Source: Ptychomitrium polyphyllum (Eukaryota). From it: DNA of 64,000 nt. The position numbers and the translations under genes are program-made. This document shows positions 38,421-58,500 of this stretch, piece by piece. The DNA lies in the NCBI GenBank assembly GCA_973851085.1, contig OZ316776.1, positions 11,346,001-11,410,000 on the forward strand, in the 5' to 3' direction. Position 1 is the first letter of the stretch, and the number at the start of each line of letters is the position of its first letter. Below the pieces are notes generated by a model, which was not told the origin of the DNA, did no database searches, and saw only the letters and a list, made by a program, of their open reading frames with translations.

Positions 38421-39479
38421 CACGAGTTCTAGGATTCTCTAACTAAAGGAATTAGCAGATTACAGCATTCTATAGTTGGTGGAGCACAAAAGCTTTCAGA
38501 ACGCTTTGCTCACCAAGAGGAGGCTCGGCCACATACAGTGAGACAGTTTCTCACTTCAAATATTATGTGTATTGTCAATAACTAATGTACTCGATTTCCA
38601 AAACATGAATGGCCAAGTGAAAGGGAATGAGCGGCTCACCGTATGTTGCCTTGTCATATGAGTCATATGTTGCCAATGTTATATGAGTCGTAAACTTCAA
38701 GCTTGTTTCCTCATGGTATAATTCAAAGCATCGTTAGAGCTTTCTTACTACTGATTGGTTTCACTCCAGATTGCTTCTTGCCAGCAGTTAGATCAGAATT
38801 CGACAACTTCGGAACACACGCGCTGACAGCCAGTCTTTGCATGATCTGCATGCAACTTTGCATTGACGAATCTCGACCGTGGCTGCTCTCCCAACATGCA
38901 ACAATCTACCGTGTCTGATCCAACACACAGCCCAGTTTAACAGTTCATGTTGATGGTCCACAGCGAGCCGGTCATACTCCCACACTTCAAAAACAAAACA
39001 AAAGGGTGATTCCAGCCCCTCATGCTTGTCAAAGTCTTGTCACACTGCATCAGACCACATGGGACCTATGAGATTCGGATCTGTATGGGTCTTCATTTTC
39101 ATGTGGAGTATCTATAACATCCTTGTAATAATGGAATTATGTCTAGCTAACGTTGCCAATTCAGAACCAAAATTCAATCAACATTACCTTCTCAAAACAT
39201 AACGTTTCAAACTACTTGGGATAATGTTTGTGTACCTTAGAATTTTTTCTTTCATGCCTTTTTATAGAATGTACATTTTGCATGCTCACATGCACAAAAT
39301 TAATGAACCATATAAATACTATTCTAGATACGGTTTCCACAGTACCAGAGAGCGCATTAAGGGTAGACAAATGCCGCCAGCCACCCCATGGACGCCATAT
39401 GTCGCGTTGGCAGTTATTTCAGCAACGAAACGTCACTTCCAATGGGTTTGATCTGCACGAAGAAAAGTGCTTGGACCAG

Positions 39480-42114
39480 CCAAGGGCCGCGTAACAATGT
39501 GCCTTGTGGAAAATGAACGCCTGGGGCACATTCTGAGAATGGTGCGGTAGGGACTGCGCACGTGGAGGGAACCGGTTGGACTGGAAGAAGCCGACGTGGC
39601 AGCGAGGGATGGACCGGTGGGGTCAAAGGGCGGAGGCGACGCATGGACGAGGAAGGCCGAGGGAGCAGAATGCGGAGGGGCTATCTTTCTAGCGTGCAAT
39701 CTTTCTTTTGGTCGTTCTCGGGCTCTGCGGGGCTTTCTTTCCGGGGCGTGCGCTTTCTGAGGCTCTGTCTTTCTGGGGTGCGGAGAGCTCTAGGGTTTCG
39801 AGGGTTTCGGTGGAGGTCGCCATCGCCAGAGCTCCGCTGTTGCGAGTCCGTCACGCGTGGGGATGATGTGCCAAGATGCCATCTCAGCGCGCTGAGTGTG
39901 CCCTTGGCCGGCACGTAAGTTAGGCCATCGGCCGCGCTTTCCGAGGCTGCTTTTCTCCGTTGCGCCTCATTTTTTTTTTTGTGAGGCTTCTCTGCTCAGT
40001 TTGTCTGGGCGCTTTGGTACTGCCGTCGTTTCTTGTCCATGTTGCGCTCAGCCTTTTTATTTCCTTACCGGCCTTCCGCAACCTCTCTCTCTCTCTTTCT
40101 CTATTCGCACCGCGGGTTGAGGTCGGAGCTCCTCGGGAAACTGTGGCGGGAGCTGGACACGAGAATGTCGTTTCTTAATTGCTGCCACTGTGGGACGCTT
40201 AGGGTTCAGGATTTTGCGCCAATTTGAGTTCTACAGGTCGTGCTTGTGTGTCACGGACGGGCTGTTGTGTTCGGCCTGTGCTGGTTTGGCCCTCTCGTGT
40301 GCCCCTCTTAAGAATGTGAATATCTGTTGGCAACCATTCCTCCCTCTGCCGCATTTTGGTAATTCTTGTCTTTCCCTAATTCTGTCTGCCAGGTTTCACC
40401 ACAGTGTGACTAGATCGAAGGGCGGTGGTTTCTCTTAGCTTTTTGCTTGAATTTCGTCTGTGCGCTTTCTTTCGCAGCGTGTAAATTCTGTCTTCTAGCT
40501 CAATTTCTGACAGGTATTGAGTTTGTATTTGCTGTGGAGGCGCCTCTTGTGTAGCGCTTAGGTTTTAGTGACTTTGAGTTGAAGGCTTTTAGCCGCAATT
40601 CCGTTATGCATGCGTTCTGAATCGACTTAGGGTTAGTTGCCTTGAGTTTGGGTTTCAATTTTTACTTTTAGTTGATTTTACTTTGCGTTTTGAGCTTCAT
40701 TTTGCACATGCAGTTTTGGTGAGGATCAATTGTCCCTTTCATTCGTGCGTAGTTGCAATATATCTGTAGCACCTCCTGGTGATCACCTCTGCTGCTTCCA
40801 GCACTCTGGGTGAAGAGTTTACATGGAACTTTAATAGCATTTTCCTGTCTGCGCATGCAAGGTGGGTTCTTCTCAAGCTTTTCTGATGGTCGACTAGCTT
40901 AGAGTCGATTTCCTTCACAGTGGGGACCGGCATAACACCCAAATGCTATAGAGTATTGACTACACTGTGGTTAAGATGTTTGGGTGTGTTTACGTCCAGA
41001 TGTGAATTGTGGTTTTCATTTCCACTTGTAGTTCAACTTTGTTTCGTAGCCTAGGACGCTTCTGCTATGAAACAACTCTTTTATTTATTTTTGTAAAGTA
41101 GACTTTTTGGGCACTTGTAGAGTCTGGGTTGAGTTTGCTAGAGAGTATGAGTGCTTACTCTTGTCAAAATTCATCTGTTCTCTCGTTCATGCCATTTACG
41201 TCTACCGAGCTGGAATTTGAGCGATCGGGATATAATTTGGCTTTTACTTGTTAATTCTTGTTGCTATTCAGCAGCAAGCCTTCAGTAGGTCAGCTTACTT
41301 CGTGTCGTGAATAGGAGGAACCTTAGTTGGACATTACCTTCTGTGAATTCAGGGAAAACGTTTTTCAGAATGTTTCCTATGCAAATTAGGGATAAGAATG
41401 CTTTGTAATGTACTTCTTAGTTTTTGAAACCTCTACTTATCTTCAGAAGTTTCAGTTCTCAAACGACTTTAGGTTTCAAAAGTATTCTGACTTTCGTTCT
41501 TTGGTTAATTCTGTTGGGTTCTTCAGAAGAGTTCTGAGGGAGAAGATGGCGTAGTGGAAGGACTGCAACTTGGCGGCCTTACTGCAAATTTCTAGAGAAC
41601 TTTTGGACCGTTTTTTGGAGTGTCCGAGCTTTCTCACTCTCCGTATTTTTTTAACTGCTGCGCAAGGGTATGCCGTGCACATTCATCCACAGCATAAGAG
41701 GTTTTTAGAAGCTTCGATTAATTCACGCACTATATTCTCTGTTATCGATGTTGGTATTGCTGGTATGCCCTAGGAAGAGAATCGTTCTTCGAATTTTTGG
41801 AGACCTTTTTAGGGCTACGTTGTTCAGTGGTCAATGGAACACTTGTGCCTAAGTCAAATTTGATTGATTTATTGTAGCGACGAAGTCTTTTTTCTTGTGA
41901 GAATCTGCCTTCTTAGACAATATACAGTACCGCCTCCCCCCCCCCTTTTTTTTTTGCTTCAGGCGTTTTCAAGCAAGTTCTTCCTGCAGCAGTTTTTCCA
42001 GGTGTGATTATCAGCTTTTGGGGTCTTTTATCAGAGCTAACTTTTAGTCAAGCTCGCCTTTATACTTCGCTACCCGAATTGCGTATTAGGTTAGTAATCA
42101 GCAGCTGTAGAAAG
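39480..42114 (+). promoter_or_regulatory. Probable promoter and intron-containing 5' UTR of the XRN gene
   Basis: GC-rich block with tagggttt motifs at about 39.5-40.2 kb, a T-rich intron-like stretch, a small candidate UTR exon at about 41963-42001, and an acceptor just before the ATG. Confidence 0.5.
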
Positions 42115-49523
<7,409 letters not shown>

Positions 49524-50535
49524 TGTAGGTTTGCGCTTTCCAATATCAGAAATAAGATGCTGATATTGAAAAGCACAACTGAAACCAAGATGCGGCTGAT
49601 ATTTTAGAGCATTGTATTTAGGGAGGCATGTGCAAAGTTTAGAGACATTTTCTGTTTCTGTAACATAGTTGGAGTCAGTGTTTTTAAGGGGATTCTTAGG
49701 GAGTGCTACTTTTGACGCTGTGGTGAAATGCCAGTTGCGACAGTCTTATATGAGAAAGAAAATCTGCATTATAAGCGAATCACTTGGACAGAATCATAGA
49801 AAACCAGTACAAGGAACAGGTGCAGCTTTAGTCAGGCAAGATATTCACACATAGGGTCTAGAAGTTATAATAGGCCTGGCCTCAGGGAAATGACTACGGA
49901 TGTCACCGTGTCACCGTTGCAAAGTCCAACTTCATTAACTACCTGCTAATCTTTATAAAAATCAACGGATTGAACCTCACAAGCTCCCAGATCATAAACT
50001 TGATTGTTTAGCGTCATAATCATCTATTGGCCCTGTTGTTTCTGCTGAGCTTCAAGGTGATTTTGAGGTTGCTGTTCCTTGCCTGCTATGCAGGCCACCA
50101 TTCTCAAATCAACCACGCTACCATTCCAGGGCTCCAATCCTCCTTGACGCAAGGTTGCATCTCTACTGGGTCTAGAACATGGCATATGTTAGCTCGCAAT
50201 ATGAGCAGTGTGAAGGACGGTGATATTGTAATCAGGTTTGCTCGTAATACATTTGCTACTGTTGAAAAATCACGGTATTATCAAGACAAGTCAGACTTGC
50301 TGATCCTTTTAGTATGAGAACAATAAGTATGGAATATAACACTGGAATGATATACATTGCATATTAATTTGACTTTTGAAGATAGGAGAGTTCGTAGGTT
50401 CTAAAATAGCTTCCATACTCCAAACTAGAAAACATCGAATCTTGTGCAACAGAAAGTGTAAAATGCTCAGGTCACTCCCTAAACTTATCTCGATTGCCGT
50501 TTGTAGAGATAAAAAATGTGGTTCAGATAATTTAC

Positions 50536-51855
50536 CACGTCAAAATCAGAGGGTTCCCTGATGTTCATGCAGAAAGTCATCTCATATGGGCGTAGTCCAC
50601 TGATGCTGCTGGGTAAAAGCTTTGAGTATACACCAACCAAGGGCGTCAATGCCTGCACTGTGCCCGTGGCCACCTCTACTGAAAAATGCTTCCAGTTGTC
50701 ACCTCCTGCATTCTTCAGATGCGAGCATTTACATACCGCCTTTTGAACACTCGTCATTTCCTCACTAGCTGGAACCAAGGAAGACCACAATGCTGTCCAG
50801 CATGAATTGCTTACCATTGTCGTGATTCTAGTCCCTTCAGAAAGCTTTTATAACCTATTGATGCTTTGTGAAGAAAGTTTGAGCTGCGTTACTACCGCCA
50901 TTGTCAAATTCTACAGATAATGTATTCACCACTAAGGTTCCAAATATACCAATGCACCTGCATGAAGAACATCATTAGTCACGGACTTGCCAAACAGGAT
51001 CTATCTTAGCACTAAATAATTCTTGCTCTAGTCTTTGTATAAATTCTTGACAAACACTTTGTTTTTGCTTCTCATTTTTGTGACCCTAGCAGTTTGGCAA
51101 GACTACTCTTCATTTTTGTCAAAGTTAAGGTTCTTTAAAGAAGATAGTGGATTATCCATCTTCTTTAAGATCCCATAGCATCTTAAAGAATGCAGATTAT
51201 CCTCCTTTAAGCTGACACCATAAGTTGGTTTCTCCTTCTAAAAACAAGTACTACTTCTTCTAAAAAAATACCAATCTTTCACAACATATGGATCATCTTC
51301 CTTTTAAGGTATTCATGGTCTTCATCTTTCTGATATTCTCAAATACACAATCTTGTGAACCCAGTGCAAGAGCCAAAACAGATGTTCAAAACAACAATTT
51401 AGGAGAACATTCGAAGGAGGAGCATTTCTAAAATAAGTTAGTCACCGTGCACTCCTCTAGCACAGTTGGTACATTAATTCGAAGAAGTTATCTTGTTCTG
51501 GTTTTTGTTACGATTCGACATGGTTTTGCTCTGATACTCACCACATTTAGGGCATGGTCACGCGAGGGGCCCAAATAGCCCAGGAACTGGCCGTCTGGGG
51601 AGAGGCGAGCCTGTTCCTTCTGATATGCGAAGAGAACCTCTGGAGGTATGATGTTTGATCCGTGCTTAATTGCTGGTTCTGCACAGCCACGCAAACAAGG
51701 GCAAACTGCAGTAAGAGTGCATTGAGCTGAAATCAAGCCCTGAATTTAGTCTTTAAGGTGCCAGTTGATTTTCGAGACTAGCGAAGCGCTATCCGAGGAT
51801 GATTGTTCATACCTTTGGTGTGCCCATTGCTGAGAATAGCATCCCCAGCTGCCAT
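50536..51855 (-). pseudogene. Truncated S9 (prolyl oligopeptidase clan, dipeptidyl/acylaminoacyl peptidase-like) gene, beta-propeller N-terminus only
   Basis: Exons 51813-51855 (MAAGDAILSNGHTK), 51542-51678 (IIPPEVLFAYQKEQARLSPDGQFLGYLGPSRDHALNV), a disrupted exon at about 50815-50957 (HWYIWNLSGEYI...HDNG) and 50536-50705 (GDNWKHFSVEVATGTVQALTPLVGV...MNIREPSDFDV). These resemble the bacterial-type S9 N-terminus (LIPREVLFG..SPDG..LAYL..LNVW; DKGGDENWHLY..LTPF.GV). No GxSxG catalytic domain is visible. Confidence 0.7.
50975..51380 (+). mobile_element. Fragment of a family B Gypsy element (LTR 3' end, PBS-like site and 5' UTR) inside an intron of the S9 pseudogene
   Basis: ccctagca|gtttggcaagactactct and gcagattatcctcc match the reverse complement of about 54800-55050. 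Confidence 0.8.
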
Positions 51856-52904
51856 TCTTACGGCCGATCTCACCTCACAGCTTTGGTGAAACACCTGACG
51901 AATGCCACGACTTGAAAGCCAATTCTCATTATTCTGCCAATGTTTATGCCTAGCCCTCCACCCGCTCACACACGTGAGGCAGAAGTCGGAACAAGCCAAA
52001 TGAGGACTAAGTCGAGCAGTAAGAATTTTCATTCGACAACCAAGTTGCAACAAAGTAACCCACTCTCAACCATCTTGTACAGAGGAGGTTATATCACCAA
52101 ACATTATATCTGCGTCTTATGTCTCTGGAGTAGCCGAAGCTCCAGTTTAAGACCTTAAAACAAGGGAAATACTCCAAGGAAAGAGAGCATACTCCCAACC
52201 ATGCCGAGTTGGTAAAACAATCAGTTGAGTTACTTATTAAGTTAAGAATGATCACAGTATCATTCATGGCCGAACTACAAGCCACACAACATTGCACGGA
52301 AAAATTATTTCAAACAATCGACAAACATCACCCTGTACCACGAATGAGGAAACCCGGCTTCAAAACCAACCAGCTAATGGAATCAGGCACAATCAACGAA
52401 CCATTCTCTTACCTAAGATTAAACAAAACGCTTCGCTTAAAAAGGAACACAGACACTATTTCATTCCCAACCTGCCTCCAAACAATCCAAACGAGAGTGA
52501 AATAGCACCCCGCAAGCAACCCCACATACAGCAACAATACGCACATCCGAGCACCACAACGTGCACATAAGTGGCAACATTTATTACACCCGCGAGTTTC
52601 CAAAAATGAGACGATCAGGTGCTACTACCATTGGAACCTAGAACAAGTGAACAATCGGTTGAGCACATTGACAAATGAGAGAGTAGTGAGTGAGAACTCG
52701 GCAGTCTCACCAATGGTGGAATGTCTAAAACCACCAACCACCCAAACAGGGGGCTAAATTAGCCTTTTGAACTGCGCACTCTTATTCTCCGTCCCCGACA
52801 AAGCTTCACGAATCACAAGACACCGTACAGCGAGAGGAACCACCAAATTGGTTGTAATCCTTCACAAGCTTTCCTTATTGTTATTATGGTGCATAGGTTG
52901 AATA

Positions 52905-55510
52905 TATTGATGAAATTCTTTCCAAGGTTTTCATCAATATATTCTCTCAAGGCAGGTAACTCAGTTTGTGATAAGTTATAAATAGGTTCAAAAGGTGGTT
53001 GGGCTCCTTCTTGCAACTCAATGGTACAATCATAAGGCCGGTGCTTTAGTACTATGTCCGTATTCTTCTTTTCAAAAACGTCTTTATAATCTTGATATTA
53101 ACGAGGTATGTTTCGATTAGTCTCTATTATAGAGCTGGACATTGATGTGGCATAATTGGCATAAATTGGTTCATTTTTTGCCGCTCTCTTAAATGCCTTA
53201 CCTCCAATAAATGATGGTCCAAGAATTCTTGTACCTTGACGTTTTTTCCTTGAAACCACACTTCGTGAGCGCCAATCAATATCTGGATTATGTAATTCAA
53301 ACCAAGGAAGGCCCAAGATAACAGGATTTGTTTGGCATTGAATGATGTTGAAGAAAATCTTAGATGTCTGGTCCTTTAAAATAACCTCCAAGGGTTGAAT
53401 TTCTTCAATAGCCTTGTCAGACACAAGAGATCGTCCATCAATTACTTCAACAGGTGCGGGATATTTTTTGTTCACAAGCACCATGTGATATTTGGTTGCA
53501 AAATCCTTGTCTATAAAACATGTTGTTGCACTAGCGTCCAAAAGAGCCTCACTAATTATTTCATCATCTAATAATTTAATTTTGATAGGAAATATAAAGC
53601 AATAGGTAGGCTTGAACGTAAGAGACATTGATTTTATGGTCATTTCCTTGTGGTGTTCAGTCGCATGGTCCATATTGTGACTGGACAGCCTAGTTTTCCA
53701 ACTTCACTATTGTGCTTTGAGCCTTAAATGCAGATCCTTTGATTTGGCAATTGTGCACTTTATGTTCAGACTTGCCACAATACAAGCATAGGTTTTCTCT
53801 TCGACGCATTTTTTTTTCTTCTGGAATCAAATGTCTGAACTGGGCAGCATCAATTTGCATAGGTTCTAGTCCTTGCGGTTGACTTTCCGATATTCTTAAA
53901 GAAGTGGTAGCCATACTTTGATGTACTAGTCGCCATCCCAAGCATTATTCTTGGCGCCTCTCAAATAGTTTGTTGTCACATGCTATTGCTTGAGTGATGA
54001 ATTCGTCCAATGTTTCAACTCTTGGCATTGTAAGTAGCAAGTCCTTTACATTTTCGTTTAAGCCCCGTCGGAATCGAGTGACCAAGGCTTTATCATTCCA
54101 ATCAAGGTCGCAAGTTAGTTGACAAAACTCTGCAGCATATATAGCAGCTGAGCGCTGTCCTTGTTGGAGACTCTGGATCCTTGTTTTAGCCACCCTCTCT
54201 TGGTTGGTGTTTCCAAAAGTAGATGTCAATGCTTCAATGAATGCATCTAAGTTGTTCAATAATGGTGATTGCTTTTCCATTAATGGTGCAAACTACGATA
54301 GTGCATTGTTTGATAAAAGAGTGGCCACAAATCCCACTTAAGTTGTGCCATCAAGATAACGAGATTAATGCAAATTAAGGAAGAGCCTTACTTGTTGAAT
54401 AAAGTCTCTCAATTTTGATCTTGATCCATCATACTTGTCTAGCATGCTAATCTTTGGCTCTGCATGGGTTCAACGTAAGTCTTCTCTTCCAATATTGGCG
54501 TCTTGCAATCCAACAACCTCTTGATATAAGCTTTGAATAACACCATTGGATTCTTTAGCTTGCCGAGTGTGTTGCTCCAAATTGTTGGTGGTATTAAAAC
54601 GGGCGAATTCCGTTTGAACTATGTTTAATAATTATTGAAGGTCTGCAATAGTTGCAAACCTATTCTCTAATGTTCCAAGCACGTCATCCATTTCTTAAGA
54701 TTGTCAAAGACAAGAAGACTATAAGTACCTTCAAAACAGGATAATCCACATCCTTTGAAAGAAATAATATTTTGTTCTAGAAGGAAAAACCAACTCTATG
54801 GTGCCAGCTTAGAGGAGGGTAATCCGCAACCTCTAAGACGCTATGGAATCCTAAAGAAGATGGGTAATCCACAATTTTCTTCAAAGAACCTTAACTCTAA
54901 CAAAGATAAAGAGTAGTCTTGCCAAACTATTAGGGATACAAGAAACAAGAAGCAGAAACAAAGTGTTTTCCAAGAATTAGCTTCCAAAGAGCTAATGATT
55001 AACAAGAACTTGATACAAAGACTAGAACAAAGCAGGATTCAAGATGATCCACAACTTGTGTTGGCAAGACTAAGAAATACCTTGTCTTGCCTCCTATTTA
55101 TACTATGACGTTTGTATCTCCTAAGATACTTCTAAAAAAGCTTCCTACAAGGCTTAAGAATGTTCTGGAAGTCTAGAGAACCTTTCCAAGAAGTTTCTTA
55201 AGATGTTGGAACCTTCTTTAGAAGCTTCAAAGGAGTTGGAACCTTCCTTGGAAGTTTCCTAAGGTAGCGGATCCTTCTTAGGAAGTTTTCTAAAGAAGTA
55301 GAATCTTCCTAGAAACTTTCCTAAAGTAGAGGAACTTTCTTAGGAAATTTTCTAAGAAGTTACCTAAGATGGAAAATTTTTCCTAAGAAGCTCCCTAAAA
55401 ACACGGAAAGATTATGGAGACATTTAAAAGTAATCTAAGAAGTTATTATAATATACTAGAAGGTTCTAGAATGTTCTAAGGACTATGTTGCATGATCTAT
55501 GTCCGTGACA
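52905..55510 (-). mobile_element. 3'-truncated chromovirus-type Gypsy element: 5' LTR, gag, protease and start of RT
   Basis: LTR 54928-55510 ends gtccgtgaca and is followed in element sense by the PBS-like gtttggcaagactact. Gag: LQQGQRSAAIYAAEF, PMQID and knuckle CLYCGKSEHKVHNC. Protease: ALLDASAT and ILGLPW. The sequence breaks off after LREYIDENLGKNFI. Confidence 0.92.
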
Positions 55511-58500
55511 CACATGGATAACCTCCATTTTCACTCTCCAAGTTCCAGGCTTGGTTTCCAATTCTCTCTACCATTTTTCTGAAGACATCCAATTGATTGG
55601 TAGCCAATTGTTAGGTGTGGACTTCTATTCATGTCCAAGGCCTTACTTGGTGTTACTTCCATTCCACAAGGTCTAACCGCACTTAGTGGTGTCTCCTCAC
55701 TACCACTCATGATTTCCATGTGATCTTAAGATCACCCTAGGCCACCATAGTGCCAGCGTAAAGACACCACCCCAACTTAATGATAAAAAGCGTACCCTTA
55801 TTATTTTACTAGTTTCTTTTGTGAAGCCGGTCATCCACTTGCTCACAATGGTGTGGGAGTCCCCGTGGTGAAGCCTCAACACTAGCTCCACTAATCGGGA
55901 CTCACCCTTGGTTCCTACCGGGAAACTAGGGGAGTGGGGAGGGAGACCAGCCCTCTCCTATAATACTCTCTGTGGAATTTGGCAGGCCCACTTGCCTTCT
56001 GTAGCTGGCTGAACCCCGACATACCAAAAACTTTGGAAGATCACCCGATCTTCCTTGGAGCTTAGCCGCTGGAAGCCTTCGAGACTTCTTGCGAACCTAC
56101 AGGGAGCCATATCTTCCATGTTTGGTCTCCAAATCTATCCAGCAAGTATTCTATTATCATATATTCTTTGCGTAGATGCCGATAGACTCCTCAAACGTCC
56201 AATTTGACTTAGTATTCTGGAAGATATACCTCTCCCAAGGTTTGAGACTCATGCAGAGTCCCTCCCTGCATTGTCTCAATCCAGCTCAGTCACAGTTTAG
56301 GGCTACCATAGTCTATAATAGCCATTGGCAGCCCCAACTTTGAGGTGCCATATCTTTTAGCTCCCTTGACCGATTTGAGCAATCTTTAGCATTCTAGAAT
56401 CAACTTGTTGTGAGTCCTCTAATGCTTACAATTTCTTCCTTGTAGCCTTCGATCTATATGGGCAATGATATCTCTCCTTCTCGGGGTCCTTCCCATGCTA
56501 AACCCACTCCGTTCACCTCAATATCGGCGCCACAAGTCTCAAACGTCACTCAGGGGTCCCCCTTGTGCCTTTAGTGTTGCGGGCACTCTCGAAGGAGAAG
56601 TGTGTTATAGGGTGGGCGGCCGTTGTAATGGCCAATCCAAACCATCATGACTCGTACCGAGTCTTGGCATAAATTGTCATCATTAGGATCCGCAGCTTGA
56701 ATGATGGATTTAAATGGGTCGGGAGCTACCAATAGGCAAATTTGGGTGTCGTCCATATATCTTTATGGTTTGAGTTTATTGACATTTATAATGATGGGAT
56801 TAGGATCAAGGTAGTTTAAGGCTACAAGTAGCACAATATTATTTGATAGGAGGTACTAGACACGGTAAGGACCATACCACTTCTCTTTTAGTTTATCATT
56901 ATGAAAATAGGCTCCTTTCGGATACCAAAGAATATAAGTACCAAGCTGAAAAGTGATATTCTTACCTCGAGCCATAGTAAGTTGAACACAGATTTATTGT
57001 GATGTGGCTTGACGGTCTTGTGCATATAGGCGTTTTTTGTCTAATTTTTCCAAATTGGTAATATAGGCAACGAGAACACATTGATGGTTAAAAATGCGGC
57101 CACTCAAGGTAGGTAATAAGTATTTGGTAGGCATGAAGGGAAGTAGGCCATATAGAAGTTGGAACGGAGAATGATTGGTAGATGTTTTGTACGCAATCCG
57201 GTAGACAAACATGGCTGTAGAAAAGTAAATGTCCCAATCCCTTTGGTGGTCATCAAGTTTCTTGAGCATGTTAAGAATAACCTGTCCATTTCCTTTGGGA
57301 TAGTATGTTGTTGATGTTGTGTATTTGATAAGGAAATGTTCCATCAAAGTTTAGTTTACTGAATTGTTGAAATGGACACCTTGGTCGCTAACAATGTGGA
57401 GGGGGCAGCCAAAGCGGGTGAAAATATTCTCTTAAATGTACTAAGCGGTTTCAAAGGCAGTGTTGCTTCTCAAGCCAATGCCTTTGATCCACTTGGTAGC
57501 GTAATCGATAGATAGAAGGATGTACCAATGACCATGGTGTCGAGTTTGAAGGAGAAGGCCAATAAAATCCAAGCTCCATTTCATAAAAGATTCAGCCAAT
57601 AAAGATGTAACTAATTTGGTGTTTATGGATTTTGTGAGGTTGTTAGTTTGTTGACAAGTAGGGCAGGTGCAACAATTGAAAGTATCTTTGTGTAGAGTTG
57701 GCCACCAATAACCGGCATCTTGGATATTTAGAACAGTGATATCAATTAAAACGTGTCCACCGGAAGCGCCATTATGAAGTTTGGTAAGGATCTGTGGTAT
57801 CTTGGTAGGAGAAATATAGCAACAAAGAATCAGATTTTTACCTTAGTAATATAGAGTATTGCCAATAAGTGTGAAGGGAATAGCCTTAAAAGCTAAACAT
57901 TTGCGGTGTTCAAGGATGTAGTTGATTGGAAAATTCCCAATACAAAGATAATCGGCAATGGTATGTAACCACTTGGGCTTAACGGTAAATAAAGAAGCAT
58001 CGACGGGGTTGTTGTTTATGGGAGTAGGAAAACTATTGGCAGGATTGCGGGAGAGTGCATCTACAATATTGTGAGTTTTACTAAGTTTATAGACCGCAGT
58101 AAAATCAAATTCCACAAATAATAATGGTTATCGAGCAATCCAATTTGATACTTGGATTTTGTTGATCAGGTAGATGAAAGCCATGTGATTGACATAGAAA
58201 AAAAATTTGTTGCCCAATAGGTAATGCCGGAATTTATTGATGGCGCAGGCTATGGCCAACACTTCTTGTTTAATAGTGGTATAACTCTTCTCAGCCTTAC
58301 TAAGTAGACAGGATGCATAAGCAATGGATTGGTCCACTCGACCGATAGGACTTTGTGCAAGCGTGGCACCAAGTACAAGATTTGAGGCATTGATATGGAT
58401 AAGGAATTCCAACTGCCAGTTCATAAGAACAAGGATTAGTGCCGATAGGTTCCGGGCTTTGATTTTTGAATAAGCGGTAGCACAGTCAATAATCTAATAA

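Noticed and set aside
39414..40438. Cluster of short ORFs, checked as a possible missing kinase domain of the LRR gene
   Set aside because: No kinase motifs (GxGxxG, HRD, DFG) were found; the region fits the XRN promoter/5' UTR.
55170..55400. Array of about 31-bp palindromic repeats (cttcc..ggaag), also at about 30800-31050, superficially CRISPR-like
   Set aside because: The units are contiguous and degenerate, have no unique spacers, lie inside Gypsy LTRs, and have no cas genes nearby in this eukaryotic DNA.
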